Source of the DNA: a virus
Reading direction: 5' to 3' (one strand)
Virus record (IMG/VR): IMGVR_UViG_3300029305_002311
DNA: 64,000 nucleotides
Part shown: piece after piece, positions 1 through 8,823 of the stretch
Layout: each line of letters begins with the position of its first letter
How positions within the stretch are numbered: the stretch's first letter is position 1
The notes under the pieces: generated by a model
Told to the model about the DNA's origin: nothing
Database searches by the model: none
The model's input: the letters and a program-made list of their open reading frames with translations, nothing else
Made by a program: the position numbers and the translations under genes

Positions 1-862
1 GAGGTATAGGTTGTCCAAACAATCCTTTACAGTTATGTATTCTTACTCTGTATTTGTTCTTTTCTTCTGGTGTAGAAAGTTTTCTGTCTTTTTCTATGTC
101 TACACTTTGTACAAAGTTAAAGTCTTGCATATATGATGCATTACATTTATATGAAGGATTTTGTTGAGCATCTATTGTAGCTTTAAACTTCTCATTACAT
201 TCATCTAATAATTTCATTAAAGTATCATTAGATTTTACATATTCTACAAAGTTTTCATAACATCTATATAAGTCTAATTCATATTCATTAGGTGTTCTTT
301 GTTCTTGAATTAAAGCCATTCTCACACCATTTTGAGCATTTGTTAATAAATCATCTACTCCCTTTGGAATGTGTAGACAGTTTACTATTTGATTTTCATA
401 GATTGTATTTATTGCTTTTCTAGTTTTAATTGTATTATTCTCTTGAAATAAATCATACATTGCTGGTAATATAAAAGCTAATGATAATACATTAGATAGA
501 GGTTGTATTCCTTTTTCTTTCATTTTAGCTTCTATTGTTTCGGTTAATTCTTTTGATATTTTATTTATGTTTAATAAGTTTCCTAAGTATGTATTAGGAT
601 TGTTTTCTCTAGTTATTTTTTCTCTCTTTGGTTCTATCTTATTTAATTTTACTGGTTCTACTTTACCGCCAGTTCTCTTACTCATTATTCTACTATAATT
701 ACCTGGGTCTGTAGTTTTCATTATATTTAATGGAACATAAGGTTTGTTTTCTCCATTCTTCTTATTTAAATAGTTCAATTGATTTATTCTTGTTGAACAT
801 TGTTTACATATTCCTTTTCTTGTAAACGAATCTACCTCCATATCACAATCTGGACATTTCAT
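1..862 (-). CDS. Partial hypothetical protein with N-terminal CxxC zinc ribbon (MKCPDCDMEVDSFTRKGICKQC...); runs off the window edge, not in ORF track
   Basis: Open minus-strand frame from ATG at 862-860, tcctcct RBS complement just upstream; CxxC...CxxC. Confidence 0.75.
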   Translation of the reverse strand, partial: MKCPDCDMEVDSFTRKGICKQCSTRINQLNYLNKKNGENKPYVPLNIMKTTDPGNYSRIMSKRTGGKVEPVKLNKIEPKREKITRENNPNTYLGNLLNINKISKELTETIEAKMKEKGIQPLSNVLSLAFILPAMYDLFQENNTIKTRKAINTIYENQIVNCLHIPKGVDDLLTNAQNGVRMALIQEQRTPNEYELDLYRCYENFVEYVKSNDTLMKLLDECNEKFKATIDAQQNPSYKCNASYMQDFNFVQSVDIEKDRKLSTPEEKNKYRVRIHNCKGLFGQPIP

Positions 863-877
863 ATTAAATTCCTCCTA

Positions 878-1291
878 CTATATATTATTTCTACGAATGA
901 GTTCTTCTCTTAATAACTCTATGGCCTCTATACACTGAGCCTCATTAAACATTCCAACATGCGTTTTCTCCAATGGAATTTTTAATTTGTTAGATAACCA
1001 AGAGTAAACTTTCTTTCTCTCTTGAGCTTTCTTACTCTTTGGTGAATGTAGCCAAAGTTCATCTAAATATGTATGAACCTGCTTCCTCAGTGTTCTAAGC
1101 CCTGATTTTGCTGGAGTTCCTAAGGGTCTAGTAGTTCCTTTATGTACTCCAACATGTGCTTTGCAGTCTTTGCAAAGGTATATAAGTCCGTATGACTTAC
1201 TATAGATTTCTGACGAATCTACTAATTTTGTTTTCTTCTTGCAATATGGACAATAGACAGTTTCTCCTAATTGAGATAAGTCTACTTCCAT
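878..1291 (-). CDS. Zinc-finger-containing small protein (DUF3268-like: YCPYCxxxT...YLCKDCKAHVGVHKGT..PLGTPA)
   Basis: ORF plus recognisable CxxC pairs and VGVHKGT/PLG motif. Confidence 0.7.
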   Translation of the reverse strand: MEVDLSQLGETVYCPYCKKKTKLVDSSEIYSKSYGLIYLCKDCKAHVGVHKGTTRPLGTPAKSGLRTLRKQVHTYLDELWLHSPKSKKAQERKKVYSWLSNKLKIPLEKTHVGMFNEAQCIEAIELLREELIRRNNI

Positions 1292-1651
1292 CTATTCACT
1301 CTCACCTCCATTTACTTCTAAAAATACTTTAACAAGTAATCCTACTAAAATAGTTTGCTCAGAAATAGATACTTCATCGAGAGCTAATATTGCAATTATA
1401 CTCTGAGTTGTTTCTTCTAATGAAGAAGTTAACTTATAATTTGTTCCTTTTAAAATAGCCTCAGCTGTCATGTATACATCCATCACATTTCTATCAAAAC
1501 TTTTTATCATTCGTTCAAAATCTTCATTAATAATCTTAAAATCATCTTTAGAGACTTTATTCTTTTTAGTATGATTTATAAGTCTCTTAGCAGTTTTTAA
1601 AATAAACTTATGCTCTGCTTTAGCAACCTTTACTAAGTCTAGCTCTTTCAA
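1292..1651 (-). CDS. Hypothetical protein
   Basis: ORF, codirectional, tightly packed. Confidence 0.6.
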   Translation of the reverse strand: MKELDLVKVAKAEHKFILKTAKRLINHTKKNKVSKDDFKIINEDFERMIKSFDRNVMDVYMTAEAILKGTNYKLTSSLEETTQSIIAILALDEVSISEQTILVGLLVKVFLEVNGGESE

Positions 1652-1664
1652 AATAATCTACCTC

Positions 1665-1874
1665 CTAAGTATTATTATGTTGAATAAACTTTTCATACTT
1701 AGTTTTTGCTTTAGTAAGTTGCTTTCTTTTTTCATATAATAATGATTGTTGCTTTTTTCTTTCGAATGGGTTTCTATTAGTTAGAAGTGAATTTTCAATC
1801 ATCTCTACTTCTGACTCTAGAGTATTAATCTTTTCCCAATATTCAAAATCATTCTGAGGATTTCTCTTCGCCAT
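1665..1874 (-). CDS. Small hypothetical coiled-coil protein
   Basis: ORF with RBS. Confidence 0.5.
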   Translation of the reverse strand: MAKRNPQNDFEYWEKINTLESEVEMIENSLLTNRNPFERKKQQSLLYEKRKQLTKAKTKYEKFIQHNNT

Positions 1875-2133
1875 CTTGAGTTTCCACCTCCTTTTCTAAC
1901 TTAAGAACATCAGGTCTTATTGCAGTTGCTTTTACTTTAAATCCAAGTTTTTCTTCTACATATTCTACTAAATAATCTTTACATTCTTCTAAACACTTGT
2001 AAGATTTGAATTTTATTACACATTTATGTCTTCCATTCCAGTCCATATAGAACATTATCTGTCTTAAATCTTTTCCTGTAAGATTTTCTGGTGTTCTTCT
2101 TCCTATAAATTGTACATCAGGTGATATTACCAT
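1849..2133 (-). CDS. Hypothetical protein (track start 2172; RBS gaggtgag favours ATG at 2133)
   Basis: ORF; the upstream part of the ORF encodes the RBS itself. Confidence 0.55.
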   Translation of the reverse strand: MVISPDVQFIGRRTPENLTGKDLRQIMFYMDWNGRHKCVIKFKSYKCLEECKDYLVEYVEEKLGFKVKATAIRPDVLKLEKEVETQDGEEKSSE

Positions 2134-2170
2134 ATTATTGTTTCTCACCTCCTCATAAATTATTATAGGC

Positions 2171-2199
2171 ATTATATCAAATAATGCCTAAAATGTAAA
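2171..2199 (-). promoter_or_regulatory. Sigma70-type promoter TTTACA-17nt-TATAAT
   Basis: Reverse complement TTTACATTTTAGGCATTATTTGATATAAT. Confidence 0.75.
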
Positions 2200-2226
2200 T
2201 ACTTTTAAAAACGTTTTTAGAAATAC

Positions 2227-2421
2227 TTAAGCTGGCTCTGTATAATTATAAACTACTAGAGCACTAAAGTAAGGGTTTTCTTCATCATCGATTGCAGTTG
2301 AATATTCTATGCTAACTATTGTGATAGTGTCATCATTAATAAATTTATTTAAGTCTTCTTCAAACTTATCTAAATCATAACCTGCAATTACTTTAGTTGC
2401 ATGTTTTATCTTAACTTCCAT
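2227..2421 (-). CDS. Small hypothetical protein
   Basis: ORF. Confidence 0.55.
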   Translation of the reverse strand: MEVKIKHATKVIAGYDLDKFEEDLNKFINDDTITIVSIEYSTAIDDEENPYFSALVVYNYTEPA

Positions 2422-2669
2422 TATAATACCTCCTTAAGTTTGATATTAAATTGCTCTTCTAATTTACGAATAGCTTCTAATTTAGTTTTCTCTATATCAT
2501 CATAAATTACTCCTTGTTTAATTAAGTTATTCAATGAGTCTTCATTATGATTATAGTTACTAGAAACAGATTTATTTAGTTTGTATAATACATCAACTAT
2601 TTCTATTTGTTCTATTTCTCCAGTTTTCTTATTATTTCTAAATAAGATTTGCCCTTTTTTAAATTTCAT
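2421..2669 (-). CDS. Small hypothetical protein
   Basis: ORF with RBS. Confidence 0.55.
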   Translation of the reverse strand: MKFKKGQILFRNNKKTGEIEQIEIVDVLYKLNKSVSSNYNHNEDSLNNLIKQGVIYDDIEKTKLEAIRKLEEQFNIKLKEVL

Positions 2670-2678
2670 GAGTACCTC

Positions 2679-3080
2679 CTACATTAATTTATCTAATTCT
2701 AAGTCTTCTCTTAATTTAGACTTATTCTTCTTCCAGATTATATCTTCTGTAATATTTAGTATGACTACTAAAGCTAAACAAGTTAAATTAACTGTTAAGA
2801 ATATTTTTGATAATAAGTTAGCTAAATCATCATCTACTCCGACAAGAGTAATTCCACATACAAATGATGCTATTAAAGCTATTACTTGAATTATTATTAG
2901 AGTAGTTGCTATAGCTGATTTCAATCCTATATGTAATTTAAATAGAACATCTGATGCATTCATTTCTATAATAGCTTTCTTGATTTCTTTGTTTAGAGCT
3001 TCTGATGATTGTAGAACTTCTTCATAGTGCTTTTCTAGTTTTTCATATTCTTCTTTGTTTATTTTTTCTTTTTCTGACAC
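2679..3080 (-). CDS. Predicted membrane protein, two hydrophobic segments
   Basis: ORF; IATTLIIIQVIALIASFVCG and TVNLTCLALVVILNI. Confidence 0.6.
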   Translation of the reverse strand: MSEKEKINKEEYEKLEKHYEEVLQSSEALNKEIKKAIIEMNASDVLFKLHIGLKSAIATTLIIIQVIALIASFVCGITLVGVDDDLANLLSKIFLTVNLTCLALVVILNITEDIIWKKNKSKLREDLELDKLM

Positions 3081-3358
3081 TTATCTTTCACCTCCTTAAC
3101 TCTATAGTGAGGTATGTCAAACATCTTAGTTGAACTCCAAAAACTCTCACCGCACTGTGTGCATGTATATATGTAAGCCACGTTATCACTATCTTTTACA
3201 TAGTCTTGTGGTTTTACTCCTTTAATACTATCTGAAAAACTCCAAGAGTCCCAATCACATTGTTCTCCAGCATTATGTACCCAATCGTGCTCACACTCTG
3301 GATGTCCTACTGGGTCTAAGTGTTTCATTCTTTTAATCATTCTTAGCCATCTACTCAA
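3059..3358 (-). CDS. Hypothetical zinc-ribbon-like protein (CEHDWVH...YTCTQCGESFW)
   Basis: ORF; Cys/His motif. Confidence 0.55.
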   Translation of the reverse strand: MSRWLRMIKRMKHLDPVGHPECEHDWVHNAGEQCDWDSWSFSDSIKGVKPQDYVKDSDNVAYIYTCTQCGESFWSSTKMFDIPHYRVKEVKDKCQKKKK

Positions 3359-3512
3359 TAGTATTTACCTCCTTCATTTGTATTTCTAATTGTTTAGTCT
3401 TTTCTTGCTCTACTTGCAATTTATAGTCAGATATAACTAGTGCTATAACTATGATTGCTAATAATAACCAGATTAGCACTGTTTCATCTATTTCAAACTT
3501 ACCAAACTTCAT
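3351..3512 (-). CDS. Single-TM small protein, 53 aa (MKFGKFEIDETVLIWLLLAIIVIALVISDYKLQ...), missed by ORF track
   Basis: Manual translation of the 3358-3524 gap; ATG at 3512, stop at 3351, RBS complement cctcc/actcctt nearby. Confidence 0.55.
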   Translation of the reverse strand: MKFGKFEIDETVLIWLLLAIIVIALVISDYKLQVEQEKTKQLEIQMKEVNTIE

Positions 3513-3523
3513 TTCATACTCCT

Positions 3524-3823
3524 TTACTGAATAGTTCCATTCATTTTAGCTTTTAATAAATCTCTTAAGTGCTGTTCTGGATTATTCTTATACATTTTAA
3601 TCTTATCTTCTATAGCTGCGATTTGTAATATGTATTCTTGTATCTTAGGGTCTTGTAGTATATACTTCTCAGCTGCATCTAAATCAAACTTAGATATTAC
3701 TCCTTTAGCTATTAGAACTTGTTCTAGAGTTCTAATTTGTATTTTTACATCTAATATTTCTTTTGCTTGATTTAATTTATTCTGAGCACTATCTAAATCA
3801 TAGTTATCATTGTTTGTTAGCAT
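3524..3823 (-). CDS. Hypothetical coiled-coil protein
   Basis: ORF with RBS. Confidence 0.6.
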   Translation of the reverse strand: MLTNNDNYDLDSAQNKLNQAKEILDVKIQIRTLEQVLIAKGVISKFDLDAAEKYILQDPKIQEYILQIAAIEDKIKMYKNNPEQHLRDLLKAKMNGTIQ

Positions 3824-4133
3824 CTAAATCCTCCTCTACTAGCTCTATCTTTAATCTAGATTTTACTTCATTAAATACAGTTTCTGTAATCTTACGGTCT
3901 AATAAGCTATCGAAGTTTAGAAGTAAATGATATAAAGTTTTGTTTTGGTCTTGTCTAATTTCTTTTCTAATCATATTCTCTATAATGTAAGTTAATCTAT
4001 TCTCATCATTAAATAGAGTATGTATTTCTTTTTGCACTGTGTTTTTAATTACTTCTTCTACATACTCTTTAGTTATACCTAAATCATTATGAATAAAGTT
4101 CTTCACGTCTCTATAAGATTGACTATTTTCCAT
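3807..4133 (-). CDS. Hypothetical protein
   Basis: ORF. Confidence 0.6.
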   Translation of the reverse strand: MENSQSYRDVKNFIHNDLGITKEYVEEVIKNTVQKEIHTLFNDENRLTYIIENMIRKEIRQDQNKTLYHLLLNFDSLLDRKITETVFNEVKSRLKIELVEEDLDANKQ

Positions 4134-4143
4134 ATTTCCTCCT

Positions 4144-4209
4144 TAGCGCTAAGCTATATAATTTATTGTCTTCTACTAGAAAATGTATTCTGAGTCATTC
4201 TGATGTTTA
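4144..4209 (+). repeat. Dispersed intergenic motif copy A (AGCGCTAAGCTATATAATTTAT...AGAAAATGTATTCTGAGTCATTCTGATGTTTA)
   Basis: Shared with copies at 8318, 31493 and related copies at 38839, 41440, 57741. Confidence 0.65.
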
Positions 4210-4404
4210 CAATGTGGCCATAAATTCACTTTCTGTAAGCTTTGTTCCATATGCCATAACCTTAGCTATATCAGCTTCTTCTGACTCTCCATCTCCTACT
4301 CCTATATAATAATGTATTTCATCAGTAAGTACGTCACGAGCTTTGATTATTCCAGCACATTTTTTACTCATTGTTGTGTACCAGTTTGCTTTTATAACCT
4401 CCAT
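4207..4404 (-). CDS. Small hypothetical protein
   Basis: ORF. Confidence 0.5.
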   Translation of the reverse strand: MEVIKANWYTTMSKKCAGIIKARDVLTDEIHYYIGVGDGESEEADIAKVMAYGTKLTESEFMATL

Positions 4405-4892
4405 GCTTCTTGTTCACCTCCTATCTTATTGTAATTTTCACTAGAGTCTATTTCCTCTACAATTTCTTTATTTAATATAACTATACTATCACAGTCCCAA
4501 CAAAACATTTGATTATAAAGTTCAGCATCTTCTGATATAAGTACTTCTACTGCATCATACTCTTTTCTTAATTCTTCAAAGTCTAAATAAGTATGAAAAC
4601 TTAGATGCATATATGGGTCGTGCGGTAGTTTAGGTAAATCTTTAAGCATCTTTGTTCTGTTTATAGTTAATATGTTTGCATCTTCTTTTATTATAAACTT
4701 AAACCACTTGTCTGGTCTAAAGTAAGGGTATTCTTCTACTTCACACCACCATTTCCAAGACTTAGGAGCGTCTATTCTAGAAGCCCACAATCCTCCACGA
4801 GGTTTACAATTTCGTGGGTCATTGTATATATCTACAAATATGTTCTTATTATAATGTCTGTGTCCATAGTGTATAAATGTATTAGTCATCAT
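4392..4892 (-). CDS. Hypothetical protein
   Basis: ORF with RBS tcctcc complement. Confidence 0.6.
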   Translation of the reverse strand: MMTNTFIHYGHRHYNKNIFVDIYNDPRNCKPRGGLWASRIDAPKSWKWWCEVEEYPYFRPDKWFKFIIKEDANILTINRTKMLKDLPKLPHDPYMHLSFHTYLDFEELRKEYDAVEVLISEDAELYNQMFCWDCDSIVILNKEIVEEIDSSENYNKIGGEQEAWRL

Positions 4893-4904
4893 TTCCTCCT
4901 TAAA

Positions 4905-5135
4905 TTAAAGAAGTGGGTAAGCTATTAATCTAACGCCTACCCACAGATTAGAGGTGGTTAATCTACACCTCCTCCACTATCTTAGTTATGATTTCCTAAG
5001 ATAGACCCCATAGACCATTTTCTAAGGGCGCCGCTGAAAACCTTCTTTCCAGCTAGGAGTATAGGAGCTACCTATACACGAGTACTCGTACTGAAGGGTG
5101 AAGAAAAACAAATATAGTGAGATTGATACGAGCTT
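4905..5135 (-). ncRNA. Candidate structured non-coding RNA with 5+ hairpins, ending in a terminator-like stem
   Basis: Stems: 4913-4922/4935-4944, 4951-4956/4966-4971, 4977-4985/4996-5004 (9 bp), 5059-5065/5071-5077, 5085-5090/5127-5132, 5041-5045/5093-5097; no ORF; locally GC-richer. Confidence 0.5.
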
Positions 5136-5167
5136 TGCTACCCTAACTCCAATATTAAATTATTATG

Positions 5168-5554
5168 CTATATTTTAAATGTTAACTCTTCTTTAGATGG
5201 ATAATTCTTTCCACCTCTTCTAAGTCCTCTATCTAGTTCTCTAAATACATACTCTTGATGCATCTGTATTGTCTTTTCTGGTAGTTTCAGCTTATATTCT
5301 TTAAACTTATCTATTGCCCACTGAGTTGCTGCAAATTCTGACTCACATCTTCTCATTTTAGTCTTGTAAGTTTCTAAATGTCCTATTTCATGAAATAGAA
5401 TAAATGTAGTTGCTACACTATTAGCTGCATTCCACTTACACACTCTTCTAGTTCCATCACAGTGTGCATGAGTTCTAGACCAGCATTTACTATTGTAAAC
5501 TATCTTTACGTTGTACTTTTCAATTACTTCTTTTTGAATGTCTAGATATTTCAT
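5168..5554 (-). CDS. Putative zinc metallopeptidase-like protein (HExxH: FHEIGHLE)
   Basis: ORF; HEIGH motif with downstream Glu-rich ESEFAATQWA. Confidence 0.5.
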   Translation of the reverse strand: MKYLDIQKEVIEKYNVKIVYNSKCWSRTHAHCDGTRRVCKWNAANSVATTFILFHEIGHLETYKTKMRRCESEFAATQWAIDKFKEYKLKLPEKTIQMHQEYVFRELDRGLRRGGKNYPSKEELTFKI

Positions 5555-5760
5555 TCTATCACCTTCTTAAAATAATCTACGTACTCACCGTCTTTCATTA
5601 TAATAATTACTTTATATTTAGTATTATCTTCTACATACTCATATAGAAATACTGAGTCAGTTTCATCTACTTGTTCTATGCCTGCGTCATATGAGTCCCA
5701 CCTATTTATTCTAGTTCCGTATTTTCTTACATCATCTAAAAATTCTTTCATTTTCATCAC
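5551..5760 (-). CDS. Small hypothetical protein
   Basis: ORF. Confidence 0.5.
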   Translation of the reverse strand: MMKMKEFLDDVRKYGTRINRWDSYDAGIEQVDETDSVFLYEYVEDNTKYKVIIIMKDGEYVDYFKKVIE

Positions 5761-5765
5761 TTCCT

Positions 5766-6044
5766 TTAGTATGTTTCAAATCCTATTATTTCATTCTTTT
5801 CTATATTGATAAATACTTTTAGAGTTTCATCTTCTACTCCAATGTAATAAACTTCTATTCTGTCTGCTTTTAAGTGAGTTTCTTCTCCTACTCTCTTATC
5901 ATAGATTGCTATGAGCTTTCCTACTTTCTTAACATGCTCTAACCATTCTAAATCTTTCTTACTTAATTCTTCCATATTCATTCTCCTTAGCTTAAGCTTT
6001 TTAATATTTGTTCTATTATTTCTATCTTTCCTCTTAGCTTGCAT
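5766..6044 (-). CDS. Hypothetical protein
   Basis: ORF. Confidence 0.5.
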   Translation of the reverse strand: MQAKRKDRNNRTNIKKLKLRRMNMEELSKKDLEWLEHVKKVGKLIAIYDKRVGEETHLKADRIEVYYIGVEDETLKVFINIEKNEIIGFETY

Positions 6045-6466
6045 TGCTCTATAAGAGGTAAGTCTAAATTCATCTGGTCTTTCAACATCTGTAATAATTC
6101 TTTTAGATAGTTTGTAGATACTCCAGTGTATACTATTTCTCTTTTAGAATTAGATTTTCTTGAGTCTTTTGCTTTTTGTATAGTATTAGCATCTTCTTCT
6201 GATAGTTCTACTACTTCAAACTTCATATGAGATAAATGTAAATTCATTTCTTGAACTTCTAATAGTTTAGTGATTTTATTTTCTGCTGCTTGTTTAGTTT
6301 TGAATGTTTGTATGTTATACCCAAACTCAGGGTCTCTGATAGTATTAGCTCCTATGAATTTTCCAGAGTCTCCTCTAGTTGCACTGTATAATCCAGTATA
6401 ATAACCTATAAAGCTAACTTCTCTACTCCATTCATTAACTTTATCAAATATTTTAATAGCATACAT
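5987..6466 (-). CDS. Hypothetical protein
   Basis: ORF. Confidence 0.5.
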   Translation of the reverse strand: MYAIKIFDKVNEWSREVSFIGYYTGLYSATRGDSGKFIGANTIRDPEFGYNIQTFKTKQAAENKITKLLEVQEMNLHLSHMKFEVVELSEEDANTIQKAKDSRKSNSKREIVYTGVSTNYLKELLQMLKDQMNLDLPLIEQCKLRGKIEIIEQILKSLS

Positions 6467-6616
6467 TCTAATCACCTCTAATCTATTTTATATTGTTCTA
6501 AGAAATCCTCCATCGCTTCTATTTGACCACATTCACTGCAGATTTCTGTTTTGTTATCTCTTCTTGAAAGTGCTGGGTAGCCAACTATTTCTTCTCCACA
6601 TTTAGGACAAACTTTC

Positions 6617-6880
6617 TTATTTTTCATAAGTCTCACTCCTTATTATATAGTATTGTCTGTTTTCATCTTCTGCTATATCATAGTCGTTAATTCTAATCCA
6701 TCCATTTGATTGATAAGTAGATACTCTAATTCCGCTTTTAGGTTCTATTGCTACTATTATATCATTGCCTTCTCCGTCTTTTCCATTATAAATAGTTGCT
6801 TCCTCTACTTTATCTAATATATCTAAGATTGAATTATCATCTTCTAAATCTATTTGTTTTATTAAATCTATATCATTCAT
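6617..6880 (-). CDS. Small acidic hypothetical protein
   Basis: ORF with RBS. Confidence 0.55.
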   Translation of the reverse strand: MNDIDLIKQIDLEDDNSILDILDKVEEATIYNGKDGEGNDIIVAIEPKSGIRVSTYQSNGWIRINDYDIAEDENRQYYIIRSETYEK

Positions 6881-6884
6881 TTTA

Positions 6885-7196
6885 TTATTCTCCTTTTAAT
6901 ATTCTATCATATACAATTTCTCTAGCTTTTTGATTTACTTTTATGTCTAATAAGTCTAACATTGCGTGTAATACTTCTTCTCTTTCAAATTCTTTCCAAT
7001 CGAAGTATTCTCCTCCAATTAAACTTCCGTCTTCATCTTTAGTTAATTCATATTCTCTGTTTAGTGTGATAAAGAAGTTGTCTGTTCCAGTTTTGTCTAC
7101 ACTTCTTACTTCATCCACTTTGTCTTGAATGTAATTTAGTCTTTCTCCATTTTCTTTAAACTTTTCTTTTAATTTTGTTATGATTTGTTCTCTCAT
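6885..7196 (-). CDS. Hypothetical protein
   Basis: ORF. Confidence 0.55.
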   Translation of the reverse strand: MREQIITKLKEKFKENGERLNYIQDKVDEVRSVDKTGTDNFFITLNREYELTKDEDGSLIGGEYFDWKEFEREEVLHAMLDLLDIKVNQKAREIVYDRILKGE

Positions 7197-7232
7197 ATCA
7201 ATATAACCTCCTCTATATTTGTTTATATATCT

Positions 7233-7261
7233 ATTATATCATAGTTTGCTATAAATGTAAA
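7233..7261 (-). promoter_or_regulatory. Sigma70-type promoter TTTACA-17-TATAAT
   Basis: Reverse complement TTTACATTTATAGCAAACTATGATATAAT. Confidence 0.75.
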
Positions 7262-7290
7262 TAGTTTTGACTAAAATACTTTAAAAACTT

Positions 7291-8289
7291 TTATAACGTT
7301 CTATAAACTTCTTTAAGTTTTTCTCTGCTAAGTATATCTTTATGTATAAATATAGGAAGTAGTTTTACTATCTCATCGTGAGTAAATCTTCTAGTTCTTT
7401 TATTATCAAAGAATGAGTACATTACATTAACTGATACTCCTAAAGCTTCGGCTACTTTGTAAATTACTTTCTTTCTTCCAGAGCGTCTCTCATCAGTTAG
7501 ATATTTCTTAAGTCTAGCTTTAAGTCTACTATTTAAATCTAAATAGTCTTCATAACAGTAGATATCATCAAATAGATATTCATCAGGAAATACTTTTGAT
7601 AGAGGCACTTCAAATACTTCTGCAATAGCACACTTAGTTCTCATCTTAGGAACTCTTTTACTATTAGCTATATCTGATAGTGTAGCCGCTTGAACTACTC
7701 CTTTAGTAAGTTTCTCTATCTCACTAGAAGATAGTTTGTGCTTTAACTTTAATTTAGATATGTTATTTTTGTGTTGTTCATTTAAACTCTTCTCTAATTT
7801 AGATACTCTCATTTTCTGTTTATAGTTTTGATTAAATACATTAGTTAGCTTTTCTCTAATTCTAGAGTCCACTTCTTTCTCATAAAGCATGACTCTTCTT
7901 AAGAACTCATCTCTTCCTATTTGATAGTGTTTGTAGACGTCTTGTCTAGTAAACTTAGACCTAAGTACTTCTTTTATCATCTGCTTCTCTCCTAAAGTTA
8001 GAGTATTTTTACGAAGTCCTCTAAGAGTAGCTGGATTAGTGATATGATTTCTTAAGTCTATTACTGGAAGTTCTTCTATCATCTTCCCTCTTAGCTCTTT
8101 GTTTTTAAGATTTCTTTCTTGCTTGCAAGTTTTACAGACTAGCTGTATTCTGTAAGGGTCTTCATAATTATGTCTGATTTCAGCAGGAGCTCCACAAAAC
8201 TGACATTTTCTCTCTACATTAGTACTTCTGTCTAAGAATTTATTGATATACATCATTTGCTGGTTAAAATCTTTAAATTCTTGCTTCAT
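7291..8289 (-). CDS. Putative DNA-binding/regulatory protein with N-terminal zinc ribbon and HTH-like segments
   Basis: CQFCG...CKTCKQ; several HTH-like helices (TRQDVYKHYQIGRDEFLRRV; IAEVFEVPLSKVFPD; KVAEALGVSVNVMYSFF). Confidence 0.5.
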   Translation of the reverse strand: MKQEFKDFNQQMMYINKFLDRSTNVERKCQFCGAPAEIRHNYEDPYRIQLVCKTCKQERNLKNKELRGKMIEELPVIDLRNHITNPATLRGLRKNTLTLGEKQMIKEVLRSKFTRQDVYKHYQIGRDEFLRRVMLYEKEVDSRIREKLTNVFNQNYKQKMRVSKLEKSLNEQHKNNISKLKLKHKLSSSEIEKLTKGVVQAATLSDIANSKRVPKMRTKCAIAEVFEVPLSKVFPDEYLFDDIYCYEDYLDLNSRLKARLKKYLTDERRSGRKKVIYKVAEALGVSVNVMYSFFDNKRTRRFTHDEIVKLLPIFIHKDILSREKLKEVYRTL

Positions 8290-8317
8290 CTTTATCAGAC
8301 TTCCTTTCCTTTTAATT

Positions 8318-8383
8318 TAGCGCTGCGCTATATAACTTTATTAGTTCAGTCTGAAAATGCATTCTGGGTCATTCTGATGTTTA
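8318..8383 (+). repeat. Dispersed intergenic motif copy B (AGCGCTGCGCTATATAACTTTATT...CTGAAAATGCATTCTGGGTCATTCTGATGTTTA)
   Basis: Aligns with copies A and C. Confidence 0.65.
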
Positions 8384-8446
8384 GTTTTTTGACTGCGCTG
8401 ACTATTTTCTATTAGCTACAGCTTCTCGAGACATTTTATAATATCT

Positions 8447-8475
8447 ATTATATCATAGTATGCTTTGAATGTAAA
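8447..8475 (-). promoter_or_regulatory. Sigma70-type promoter TTTACA-17-TATAAT
   Basis: Reverse complement TTTACATTCAAAGCATACTATGATATAAT. Confidence 0.75.
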
Positions 8476-8492
8476 TAGGCTTGAAACGAGAG

Positions 8493-8517
8493 AAAAGAGA
8501 GCTTATCGCTCTCTTTT
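8493..8517 (-). terminator. Intrinsic terminator downstream of the HNH gene
   Basis: Stem AAAAGAGAGC/GCTCTCTTTT, loop TTATC (plus strand). Confidence 0.75.
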
Positions 8518-8523
8518 CCTTGA

Positions 8524-8823
8524 CTAGAATCTGTAAATCCACTTTAAGTGGGTCCTCTTGTACTCTCTCAGTTGACGGTTGATTTTTGCTTGCTCTGCTG
8601 CAGACAGCTTATTGAACCAAGTATGGCACTTTTCACAAAGAATAGCTCCGTTCTCTACTGAAGTATCTCCACCTTTGGATTTCTCCTGCATGTGATGATA
8701 GGTCAGACAGTTTCTAGATTTCTTCTTGCAAGTGTTTGACCGTTTCGGCTTAAAACCGCACAGCATACATTTCTTTCCATAGAGCTGATACATCAACTCC
8801 CGAGTTGCTTTGTTGCTAGCCAT
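8524..8823 (-). CDS. HNH endonuclease (MLCGFKP...CLTYHHMQEKSKGGDTSVENGAILCEKCHTWFN)
   Basis: Clear HNH motif with zinc-binding CxxC pairs. Confidence 0.9.
   Translation of the reverse strand: MASNKATRELMYQLYGKKCMLCGFKPKRSNTCKKKSRNCLTYHHMQEKSKGGDTSVENGAILCEKCHTWFNKLSAAEQAKINRQLREYKRTHLKWIYRF

Noticed and set aside
2178-2201. Terminator at the AGGCATTAT...ATAATGCCT hairpin
   Set aside because: It overlaps a consensus promoter -10/spacer and lacks a U-tract; more likely incidental dyad within the promoter.
2581-2889. Plus-strand ORFs (2581, 6943, 10542, 11189, 12271, 12957, 16635, 17627, 18843, 19152, 19981, 20484, 27940, 28385, 28773, 29224, 30864, 39726, 40669, 43112, 45719, 51423, 58347, 58794, 59337, 59742, 60386)
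   Set aside because: All lie antisense within well-supported minus-strand genes, lack RBSs and have low-complexity Ile/Leu/Ser-rich antisense composition.
4905-5135. tRNA or tmRNA at the structured intergenic region
   Set aside because: No cloverleaf, GGTTCRANYCC T-loop or CCA end could be identified on either strand.
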